From the NCBI GenBank assembly GCA_043809315.1, contig JAZDDX010000043.1, forward strand, positions 1-34,605: DNA of 34,605 nucleotides. Reading direction: 5' to 3'. The notes beneath the pieces are model-generated. The model did no database searches and had not been told where the DNA came from. It saw only the letters and a list, made by a program, of their open reading frames with translations. This document shows positions 16,415 to 24,605 of the stretch, one piece after another (within the stretch, counting starts at the first letter, position 1; each line of letters begins with the position of its first letter). The stretch is from Pseudomonadota bacterium (GTDB taxonomy: Bacteria; Bdellovibrionota_G; JALEGL01; DATDPG01). The position numbers and the translations under genes are program-made.

Positions 16415-16467
16415 GGTCCTGTAGAGTGCCGTTGGCCGCGCGCGGGGGGCGTCATCGGAACGTCGGG
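16415..16467 (+). repeat. intergenic repeat copy 8, long subfamily (GGTCCTGTAGAGTGCCGTTGGCCGCGCGCGGGGGGCGTCATCGGAACGTCGGG)
   Basis: 10 nt after the stop at 16405. Last copy in the window; nothing similar in 16.5-34.6 kb. Confidence 0.9.
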
Positions 16468-16662
16468 ATTTCAACGTTGCAGAATGAGCCGAAGTACAAA
16501 TTCATCTGGCTCTTGGAACAAGGGAACCTCGCTTTCGAAAAGAACGACTTCAAATCCCCGCGCATCTTTTTCCGGGCGGCGTCCGCGGTCGGTGAAAACT
16601 ACTATCCTCTCCGTAGGAGCGTGTACGACCTGAAAGGCAGGGGTTAGGGAATTAGGCGCTGC

Positions 16663-17505
16663 CTACGGAAGACAGGTAACCCCGTTGCCGATGTTCACCT
16701 CGTGCCCGTTGTCATTCGAAGATTGATTCTGGACGACGGTTCCTGCCGGCGCGGAGATGCAATGGCCGTTCCCCAATAAGCTGTAATTGAGCCCCCAACT
16801 GGGGACCAAACGAATATCAAGCTTATTGCTCCCTCCGGTGCCCGATTGAAGGTCGGCGATCTCGGCGGAACTCGTATTCTGGAACAGCTCGGCGTTCGAT
16901 CCGCCCGACAACTCATTGCAGATCCCGACGGCCATCTGCGCGTTTGTGAACCGCAGGGTGTTGGAGTTCCCCTTGTGGTAGATGACGATCCGCTCGAGAT
17001 CCGGCGCCAGACTCATATCGAACGTGGCATCGACACCGTTGGAGCTTACGCTCACGATGTAGTTCTGGATGCCGCTGAGAGAGGGTTGAAACGAGCCGGA
17101 AGGTGCGTTGGTGACCGCGGTGGTCCCGATCCCGTAGTTGATACAGGACCCGTTCACGCGCACGATCGGAGGTGTAGGAGTCGCCGTCGGCAAGGGGGTC
17201 GGCGTCGGGTCGCCCGGTTTTGCCGTGGCGGTCGGTTCCACCGTGGGAGCTGGTGTAGCGGTTGGGAGGGCGATCGGGGTGAATTGGGCGATCGGAGTTC
17301 CTTCTGGGTTGGTAATGGATGGAGGTCCGTTTCCGGTATCGGGGGCGACCGCGCAGGGGTGGTCCGGGTCGCCGCAACCGGGGAGTGTCGGGAGGACGTC
17401 GCCGAGTCCGACAAACGTGAACGGAGTCGACGACGAACAGGCGATCACGATTGAGAGAACGGTGACAAAGGTGAAGCCAAAAAGAGTCAAATATTTGCGA
17501 GTCAT
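16663..17505 (-). CDS. lipoprotein with Pro/Thr-rich linker, unknown function
   Basis: Start ATG at 17505 with GGGAGGAAACT Shine-Dalgarno (track start 17565 is unlikely). Lipobox SIVIAC|SSS. Linker PTATPAPTVEPTATAKPGDPTPTPLPTATPTPP followed by a Gly/Ser/Asn-rich beta-type domain. Confidence 0.65.
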   Translation of the reverse strand: MTRKYLTLFGFTFVTVLSIVIACSSSTPFTFVGLGDVLPTLPGCGDPDHPCAVAPDTGNGPPSITNPEGTPIAQFTPIALPTATPAPTVEPTATAKPGDPTPTPLPTATPTPPIVRVNGSCINYGIGTTAVTNAPSGSFQPSLSGIQNYIVSVSSNGVDATFDMSLAPDLERIVIYHKGNSNTLRFTNAQMAVGICNELSGGSNAELFQNTSSAEIADLQSGTGGSNKLDIRLVPSWGLNYSLLGNGHCISAPAGTVVQNQSSNDNGHEVNIGNGVTCLP

Positions 17506-17837
17506 AGTTTCCTCCCGAGGGCCCGAAAAGCTTGGCCCGTCCTTAGACTGCACGAAACACGCCAATCATTATAGGGCGCAACAAACTAGTTATGCTAGGT
17601 ATTTTGATGCAACCGAAACGGCGGGTCTGCGTGAACTATGCATTCATTTCAATCCAGTGCATTTTTTTCAACCTACGAGTACCACTTTCCAATCCTTTTC
17701 AGCTCCGCCTCTTTGAAATCGACGGGCGTCATCACGCGCAGGTTCAAATGAAAAATAAAGGGGTGCTCCCATGGAACCTTTTTTATGGATTCTCGTTTGA
17801 AGGTGGGTAAAGGGAGGGGATCAAAAAGGGGGAAGAT

Positions 17838-18485
17838 ATGTTGTTCGATTTTTCACATTATAAGACCGACAAAGGTCCCAAGGGGCACTCCTACCAGCGC
17901 TCGTACGACTCGGCTCTGAACGAGAAGCGCATTGCCGCCAAGAACGTTCTGGAGATCGGGTCCCGTCGGGGGTCGATCCGCTTGTGGCTCGATTATTTTC
18001 CAAACTCCACGCTCTACGCGTGGGATCTCAAACACCCCTGGTTTTGGCACGATCGGCTCCGTTATATGAAAGTGAATCAGTCCTCCGAGGAGCAGGTTCT
18101 TCGCGCGTTGAAGCTCATGGGTTGCACCTTGGACGTCGTCATCGACGACGGACCCCATACGCCGAGAGAGCAAACGATGTGCTTCGAGGTCATGTTCCCC
18201 TATCTCTCCCCCAACGGTGTCTACATCGTGGAAGACCTTCATTGCACGGACGCGAACAACGAACCGCAGAAGAGTTATCTCAAGTTCATGGGTGGCGCGG
18301 ATTTCAGCTTTCGGCAGATCCTCTCGAGGCTCCAGTCTGGGAATGTCGAGCCGACGATGTTTTTGCGGAATCCGAAAGGCCTACTCGAACAGGTTCAGTC
18401 GATCCATGTCGATACCGGCGATGCGATCCGATTCAAGAAATACCAACGAACCCCCTCGGAGATCGCCTTTGTCGTAAAGAAATAG
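17838..18485 (+). CDS. putative SAM-dependent methyltransferase, CmcI/TylF-like (Methyltransf_24-type)
   Basis: ATG with GGGGGAAG Shine-Dalgarno. N-terminus YKTDKGPKGHSYQRSYDSAL, then LEIGSRRGSIRLW (G-x-G-like) and VVIDDGPH. Lower GC than the surroundings. Family call is from motif memory. Confidence 0.55.
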   Translation: MLFDFSHYKTDKGPKGHSYQRSYDSALNEKRIAAKNVLEIGSRRGSIRLWLDYFPNSTLYAWDLKHPWFWHDRLRYMKVNQSSEEQVLRALKLMGCTLDVVIDDGPHTPREQTMCFEVMFPYLSPNGVYIVEDLHCTDANNEPQKSYLKFMGGADFSFRQILSRLQSGNVEPTMFLRNPKGLLEQVQSIHVDTGDAIRFKKYQRTPSEIAFVVKK

Positions 18486-18538
18486 GATCCTGGATTACGG
18501 GCCGGGTTTTCTCTTCTGCGGAAAGTGGAACCCTTTTG

Positions 18539-19564
18539 CTATTCGTACGTCAGGTAAATCGACGAGTTGGTGAAGTCGGATGCCACCAAGGGGGCGTCGG
18601 TCCGCGTAAACCGTTCGGTCGCAAGCGCATCGACCCGGTCCTTGTAAGGGGCGCAAGCCTCCTCCACCGAGTCGGTCCCCTCCTGGTCCATTCCGCTCAA
18701 GGTGGTTTCGTCGGCTGTCGCATCAATGCAAAAATACTTCCCATCTACCGACGTGATACCCCCGCTCCCCGTCCAGACCCGGAAGAGGAAATGGTTGCCC
18801 TCACCCTTCGAGATTCCTTTCCCGACGATGCTGGTCCAAGTCCCCTCCGCGTTGGTCCCGGTCACCACCGATTTCAGTTCGAAGGAATGGTCAGCCGAGT
18901 TACCGGAGATGAAGCTGCGGACCGAGAAGCCGTCTCCGGCTTCACCCCCCATCACGCTTCCGGCGGGGTAGGTAACCAGGTTCACCATGTGCATCAGGAT
19001 GTCGTTCGTACCGGTGTCGATGTGTCCTTGCAAAGTACCGAAGGAAACCTGTTCCTCCGGGGTCGGCGCCCACATGAAACCGGTCAGGGCGTACTTGATT
19101 CCACCTTCCTCCCGGATCGCGCAGCCTTTTGCGTAATTCGGCTCCTCGTCCTTGAAGTTGGCGGCGCAGTCGTACGTCTCGGTCAAACCGAAATCAAACG
19201 GGGAGGGGACGGTTTTTTCCGGTATCGTGGTGCATTGGCTGGCGGCGCGTGCGTACGCGTTTCCGGCCTCGAACATCACCTTGTACATGTTGGTCATGTC
19301 GATCTTCCCCTCGTCACGAGGGTATTCGTAGTCCTGCATCAGATTGTAGGCCGCGTAGAGGGGGGATCCGGAACCGAATAGGGTGGCATTTCGAAAGGGC
19401 GGAGCCAGTTTGCCGCTCGTCGTCGCCGGCGCGAACGAGGGGGCGGTTTGTTTGGCGGCGTCGAGAAAGAGAGTTTCCGAACCCCCTCCTGTCGAACCCC
19501 CGCCGCAACTCAAAAGACCGAAAATGATGAAAACAACCGAACCGATGGAAAATCCTCTATGCAT
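18539..19564 (-). CDS. lipoprotein of unknown function (paralogue of 23613-24598)
   Basis: Preferred ATG at 19564 (AGGGGGG Shine-Dalgarno), giving the signal MHRGFSIGSVVFIIFGLLSC|GGGS. C-terminal conserved block GNHFLFRVWTG...VDGKYFCIDA...CAPYKDRVDALA shared with the downstream paralogue. Confidence 0.65.
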   Translation of the reverse strand: MHRGFSIGSVVFIIFGLLSCGGGSTGGGSETLFLDAAKQTAPSFAPATTSGKLAPPFRNATLFGSGSPLYAAYNLMQDYEYPRDEGKIDMTNMYKVMFEAGNAYARAASQCTTIPEKTVPSPFDFGLTETYDCAANFKDEEPNYAKGCAIREEGGIKYALTGFMWAPTPEEQVSFGTLQGHIDTGTNDILMHMVNLVTYPAGSVMGGEAGDGFSVRSFISGNSADHSFELKSVVTGTNAEGTWTSIVGKGISKGEGNHFLFRVWTGSGGITSVDGKYFCIDATADETTLSGMDQEGTDSVEEACAPYKDRVDALATERFTRTDAPLVASDFTNSSIYLTYE

Positions 19565-19990
19565 GAGATGCCCCCCTATTTTCCCAATCATAATCTCGGG
19601 ATCCGGAAAGGTCACGTTTGTCAAAGGCCCCCGTTTTCTTGAGTATCGCCGTGACGGCGGGGGTGACGAACTTCTTCTCTGCGATCACTCCCCAGGGTTC
19701 CAGTGCCAACGTTCTGTTCACCGGGAACGGCTATCTCCAGAGCCGGGAGGTCTATGGGTACGGGGGGATGGTGACGCTGATTTGTACGCTGATCTTCCTC
19801 ACGATCGGATCGGCCTGGATCTGGCTTCTGGGAGCCTGACCCCTGCCCGATGACCGGCGCGTCAAGATGTCCCCTTTGACGTGCGTGGAACGCTATGTTA
19901 CAGCGGACTTCTCACTAATTGAGTGTCGTCCTGAGTTCAAGCATGGTGCTATGTCCTCTTCAGCGGCGCCCGCCTTTTTAAGAGGGTTTT

Positions 19991-20329
19991 ATGGGTAAGA
20001 AATTATATGTCGGTAACTTAGCTTTTTCTGTCAACGATTCCAGCTTACAGGCCATGTTTGCTCCGTTTGGTGCTGTAGCTTCCGCGAAGGTCATCATGGA
20101 TCGCGATTCCGGCCAGAGCAAAGGGTTCGGCTTCGTCGAGATGTCGAGCGATCAGGAAGCGACAGACGCGATGAACAAGCTCAATGGCACGTCCGTCGAA
20201 GGGCGAGCCCTAACAGTGAACGAAGCCCGTCCGCAAGAGCCGCGCACTGGCGGCGGTGGCCGTGGTGGCCGCGGTGGTTTCGGCGGCGGCGGTGGTGGCG
20301 GCGGTGGTGGCGGCAGGGGCCGTTACTAG
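19991..20329 (+). CDS. RRM-type RNA-binding protein with Gly/Arg-rich tail
   Basis: RNP2 KLYVGNL and RNP1 KGFGFVEM motifs. C-terminal RTGGGGRGGRGGFGGGGGGGGGGGRGRY encoded by a ggc/ggt simple-sequence repeat. Confidence 0.9.
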   Translation: MGKKLYVGNLAFSVNDSSLQAMFAPFGAVASAKVIMDRDSGQSKGFGFVEMSSDQEATDAMNKLNGTSVEGRALTVNEARPQEPRTGGGGRGGRGGFGGGGGGGGGGGRGRY

Positions 20330-20338
20330 GCCGTTCCG

Positions 20339-21763
20339 TTGAAGCCCGAGACCGAGCCAAAGATCATTCAAGGCGGAATGGGGGCTGGAGTCTCCTCGTG
20401 GAGGCTTGCCAGCGCCGTTTCACGAACTGGTCAGCTTGGAGTGGTCTCAGGTACGGGACTTGATTGCGTGTTCGTCCGACGTCTCCAGATGGGGGACGTC
20501 GGAGAACATCTCCGTCGCGCCGTGAAGGCGTTTCCGGTCCCGGAAATCGCAGAAAGGATCTACCGAAAATATTTTCGCCCGTCGGGGAAAGCCCCCTTGG
20601 AGTCGTTCAAGCGACTTCCGATGCTTTCCGCATTTTCCTCGCTCGAGGCGAAACAGCTTCTGGTGCTCTCCAATTTTGTGGAGATTTTCCTCGCGAAGGA
20701 GGGGCACAAAGGGGCGGTGGGGATCAACTACCTGGAGAAGATTCAGATGGCGACCCTTGCAAGTCTCTATGGGGCGATGCTGGCCGGTGCCGGCGTGGTT
20801 CTGATGGGGGCGGGGATCCCGCGGGAGATCCCGGGGGCGATCGCCAAGCTGGCACGGCATGAGACGGCGGACTTGCGTCTTGCGGTCGCCGGATCGATGC
20901 CGGGGGACGATTATCGCACGTCATTTTCTCCGCTTGAGGTACTGGGGAACGGTCTCCTGACCATCGACCCGCCGAGGTTCTTCGCCATTATCTCATCTTC
21001 CGCGTTGGCTCTGACGCTTGCGAAGAAAGCGACCGGGGTCGTGGACGGTTTTGTGATCGAAGGGCCGACCGCCGGTGGGCACAATGCGCCCCCGCGAGGG
21101 GAGGTCCATCGTAACGAGCGGGGCGAACCGGTCTACGGCGCCAAGGACGAAGTCGACCTTGCAAGAATTCAATCGCTCGGCCTTCCCTACTGGCTTGCAG
21201 GCTCCTACGGAAGCCCGGAAGGGTTGCGGGTCGCCTTGGAACTTGGTGCGGAGGGGATCCAGGTCGGGACGCCGTTCGCGCTTTGTCGCGAGTCGAGTCT
21301 CTCGGAACCCTTGAAAGCCGAGCTCTTGCGGGAGGCGATGAACGGGGGGGTGGACGTCTTTACCGACGCGGAGGCTTCGCCGACCGGCTTCCCGTTCAAG
21401 GTTGCGAGACTCCCCGGCACGATGTCGCAGGGGGCGGTCTACGCGGAACGGCATCGGGTGTGTGACATGGGGTACCTCCGGACGCCGTACCGAAAAGAGA
21501 ACGGAAATCTGGGGTATCGTTGCCCCGCTGAGCCGGAGAGCGCATTCGTGGCCAAAGGTGGGAAGCTCGAAGAGACCGTGGGACGGAAATGCCTTTGTAA
21601 CTCCCTGCTAGCCAACATCGATCTCGGCCAGGTCCAGAAAGACGGAGCGTTCGAACTTCCGCTGGTCACGATCGGGGACAATGTGAACCAGATCAAGCGG
21701 TTCGTTTCCAACGGCAACGTGTCGTACACCGCAGCAGACGTCATCCGCACGATTCTCGGCTGA
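20339..21763 (+). CDS. NMO (nitronate monooxygenase/FabK-like) family FMN-dependent oxidoreductase
   Basis: N-terminal PKIIQGGMGAGVS...LASAVSRTGQLGVVSG signature of the NMO/2-nitropropane dioxygenase TIM-barrel family. 474 aa. TTG start 10 nt after the rbp stop; the start is uncertain. Confidence 0.65.
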   Translation: MKPETEPKIIQGGMGAGVSSWRLASAVSRTGQLGVVSGTGLDCVFVRRLQMGDVGEHLRRAVKAFPVPEIAERIYRKYFRPSGKAPLESFKRLPMLSAFSSLEAKQLLVLSNFVEIFLAKEGHKGAVGINYLEKIQMATLASLYGAMLAGAGVVLMGAGIPREIPGAIAKLARHETADLRLAVAGSMPGDDYRTSFSPLEVLGNGLLTIDPPRFFAIISSSALALTLAKKATGVVDGFVIEGPTAGGHNAPPRGEVHRNERGEPVYGAKDEVDLARIQSLGLPYWLAGSYGSPEGLRVALELGAEGIQVGTPFALCRESSLSEPLKAELLREAMNGGVDVFTDAEASPTGFPFKVARLPGTMSQGAVYAERHRVCDMGYLRTPYRKENGNLGYRCPAEPESAFVAKGGKLEETVGRKCLCNSLLANIDLGQVQKDGAFELPLVTIGDNVNQIKRFVSNGNVSYTAADVIRTILG

Positions 21764-21842
21764 ACCCCGCAAGAGCGATCCCTACGCATCAACAAGAGGG
21801 GGGTGGATTGCGTATTGCGTCAAAATTCCATATGAAGAGCAC

Positions 21843-23567
21843 ATGAACGGAAGGGGATGGCTCGGGTCGGGAATCCTTCTTGCGGCGCTCACGGTCTCCG
21901 CACACGCCGATTTCGGATCGGGCGTTCTCTTGGCGTCGTATGCGACGCTTCCCCCTCCTTGGCAATGCCTGGAAGCGAATTCGGAACAACGAATGCCGTT
22001 CTTCGTCGGCGCTAAACCGGCCGAGTTCATCCTGGACGGTGTTTCAACCGAAAACCCGGTCTTGCCGAGGCGGATGAAGGAACTTGGCGAGCGTCAGGCC
22101 GCTGAAGTCGCGAAGACAATTCCGCACGCTTTGCCGATCGAATTCGAGGCTTGGCCTGCCGAGGACGATCTCGGGCGATGGACCTGGGCTTTCGCCCGTT
22201 GGCGCCCCGATCCGAACTCCTCCTGGAAATGGTTAGAAGGGGAACGTCCGGGGAATGTCGAAGAGTCGGACGAGGAAACCGCCATTCCGCCGATCCTTCC
22301 CGTTACGTACCGGCCGGCAGACTATAATGACCGGTCCGCGATCTTCGACGACTTTCTGAATTATTCCGACCTCTATCAGAAACCTGTCTTCGGCGAGTGT
22401 GTCTGGACCGACGCGGGGGGATCCCAGATCTATTCTGCATGGAACGCCCCGGAGAGGGCTCGAAAGTGGATCGGCGGTGTTTCCGTGATGCAGCAGGTCT
22501 GCCGCGTGATCCGCCAACCGTCCCGATTCAACGAGCGACCGATCACGTTTGTCTTGGGTCTCAGTGATTCGGGGTTGGAGTGGCCGGAGGAGATCCGGTG
22601 GATCGAGGAGAGAAAGTCGGAAACGGAGTCCCTGGCAGACGTGCTCAGGATTCGGGTTTGGCCCAAGGACCTTCAGGCGACCTACGAGAAGATGGTTCGA
22701 ACTTTGGCTCGTGGAGATTCTCCCCGTTTTGTTCGAAAGAACAGCGCACAGGAGAAGAATCAACTACTGGATGTCATCGGGTTTTTGGAGGGGAAGTACC
22801 GAGAGATGGGGATTCCCACGGAACGGCAGTCGTTCGTCTGGAGGAATATTCCCCAGGCGAACTTGATCGCCATGATCCAAGGAACCGAAACGGATCGTTT
22901 TCAGAATCGGCCGGTCCTGTTAGCCGATCATATCGACACCGCGTTCGCGGAAAAGGTCTTCGAAAAAAAGAAACACAAACGGGTGTCTGCCCCGGGGGCG
23001 GACGACAACGCATCGGCGACCGCCGCGCTTTTGTCGGCTGCGGCGGTACTTCGGGATCAGAGGCCGCGCCACGATATCTGGCTGGTTCACCTGACCGGGG
23101 AGGAGTTCCCTGCGGATGACCTGGGGGCAAGGGAGTTCGCCCTGAAGCTCTTACTGGATCGGACGAAGATCGGGGGGCTGATTGTGCTGGATATGATCGG
23201 ATACAACGCCGATTCCAAAGACCGCCCGATGTTCCAGATCAATGCCGGCGAGTCGCCCGCATCGGTCGATATCGCACGGAGGACCCTGGGAGCCGCTGTT
23301 GAGGTCGCGCCGAAGATGACGCCGTTATTCCGCCTGCGTTTCGATCCGAAGAGTTATCTCTACAACACCGACGGGATCGTCTTTTCCGATCTCGGATTCC
23401 CGACGCTTCTCTTAAACGAGCACATCAACTACTGGGAGAACCTCGATCGGCCGCACTATCACCAGACGACCGATCTCCCTCGAACTCTTGATTTTGACTA
23501 CGCAATCTCGATCACCAAAGTTGCGATCGAGACGGTCGCCCGGTTGGCCGAGACACCTGTGGACTAG
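21843..23567 (+). CDS. secreted M28-family zinc peptidase (aminopeptidase-like)
   Basis: Signal peptide GSGILLAALTVSAHA. M28 metal-binding motifs HIDT (LLADHIDTAF), GADDNASATAALL, and LTGEEF (Glu-Glu). Confidence 0.8.
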   Translation: MNGRGWLGSGILLAALTVSAHADFGSGVLLASYATLPPPWQCLEANSEQRMPFFVGAKPAEFILDGVSTENPVLPRRMKELGERQAAEVAKTIPHALPIEFEAWPAEDDLGRWTWAFARWRPDPNSSWKWLEGERPGNVEESDEETAIPPILPVTYRPADYNDRSAIFDDFLNYSDLYQKPVFGECVWTDAGGSQIYSAWNAPERARKWIGGVSVMQQVCRVIRQPSRFNERPITFVLGLSDSGLEWPEEIRWIEERKSETESLADVLRIRVWPKDLQATYEKMVRTLARGDSPRFVRKNSAQEKNQLLDVIGFLEGKYREMGIPTERQSFVWRNIPQANLIAMIQGTETDRFQNRPVLLADHIDTAFAEKVFEKKKHKRVSAPGADDNASATAALLSAAAVLRDQRPRHDIWLVHLTGEEFPADDLGAREFALKLLLDRTKIGGLIVLDMIGYNADSKDRPMFQINAGESPASVDIARRTLGAAVEVAPKMTPLFRLRFDPKSYLYNTDGIVFSDLGFPTLLLNEHINYWENLDRPHYHQTTDLPRTLDFDYAISITKVAIETVARLAETPVD

Positions 23568-23612
23568 TAGGCAGCGAAGTAACGGAGTACGCTCCGAGCC
23601 CTGGGAGGAATC

Positions 23613-24598
23613 ATGAAACGAAGATCAATGGTTGTATCTTTTGGCGTCGGCACTTTGATGCTTACTCTGGTGAGCTGCGGGAGCGGCGACAGCAACGGAG
23701 GTAACAACAACGGCCCCGGATTCAACACCTCCCTTCAACAGACCTTGCCGGTGTTTCAATTGGCGTCGTCGATCACCGCGCTCCAGAGGGAATGGACGCC
23801 CGTATGGGGGAATACGCTCGATGAACTCAAAGTCATCCTTGTCGAGGAGACATCCGGTACCAATTTCGGAACGAACAACATCTACCATCAGATGAACGAC
23901 ATGGATGGAGGGACGAGCCAGGTGACCGGAGAGACGTGCGACGGCACGACGATCACCGGAATTCAGTCCGTCCCGTTCTTTACGACGGCCACGAATCCGG
24001 TCGGGTTCTATTCGGATGGAGCGATGATCACGGACTTCACCTGAAAAGAGATTGTTCCGAGTGCGGACCCAATGCCGGGGCGGCGGGCAAGAAGGTCGGT
24101 AACGTGGTATACGGCCTGTATACGACCTCCGGTAACAACGCCGGAAGCTCGTCTGTGTACCAAGGAATGCTGAACGGGGATACGGGGGAGATCGCTCTCC
24201 GGATGACGGGGTACTGGACTGCAGACGCCGGATCGTTCTACATCATGCGGTCCGACATCAAGGGGAACAAGAATACGCACGAGTTCACGATCCTCCTCAC
24301 CAAGGACAACACGTTGGATAACTACTCTCACTTGGAGTTTGTCGGAACCGGAGTCTCGCAGGGGACGGGGAACTATTTCCTGTTCAAAGCCTGGAATGGC
24401 ACTCACAAGCAAGCGGTCGACGGCACGTTGCCCGCGGTGGGATATTATTGCTTTGATGCCGGAGCGATGACGGCAACCGATGTCACGACAACCGTCGCGA
24501 CGTCGAATTGTGCCGCTTATCAGGCTACCGTGGATGCGCTGTCCCCGCTCGGCATCGCGAACATTCCGCAAGCCGACTTCGACATGGCGATCCAATAA
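23613..24598 (+). pseudogene. frameshifted lipoprotein, paralogue of 18539-19564 (two ORFs 23613-24044 and ~24000-24598 in different frames)
   Basis: Lipobox TLVSC|GSG. Frame 0 ends ...GAMITDFT* at 24044. Frame +2 continues DHGLHLKRDCSEC... through the conserved GNYFLFKAWNG...VGYYCFDAGA...CAAYQATVDALSPLG block. The shift lies near the A4 run CTGAAAAGAG at about 24040. Could be a real frameshift or an assembly indel. Confidence 0.5.
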
Positions 24599-24605
24599 TG
24601 GGGTT

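Noticed and set aside
4165-16467. Repeats considered as a CRISPR array or as classical integron attC sites
   Set aside because: Spacing is 0.8-4.4 kb with genes in between, and there are no cas genes, so not CRISPR. For attC, I could not find the R'' RYYYAAC / R' GTTRRRY cores or an overall imperfect palindrome by eye; the only near-core is GTTAGCC after copy 4. Gene orientations are also mixed. I therefore keep it as cassette-like or REP-like rather than asserting attC; covariance-model scanning is needed.
17984-19381. 465-aa plus-strand ORF, and other long ORFs (2350-3330 minus, 26605-27555 minus, 27625-28977 minus, 30202-31920 plus, 31016-31786 minus)
   Set aside because: All lie antisense to or overlap well-supported genes (lipoprotein, sigma/anti-sigma, typA, kinase-like protein, alanine aminotransferase). 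They are Arg/Gly/Pro-rich as expected for high-GC non-coding frames and have no motifs.
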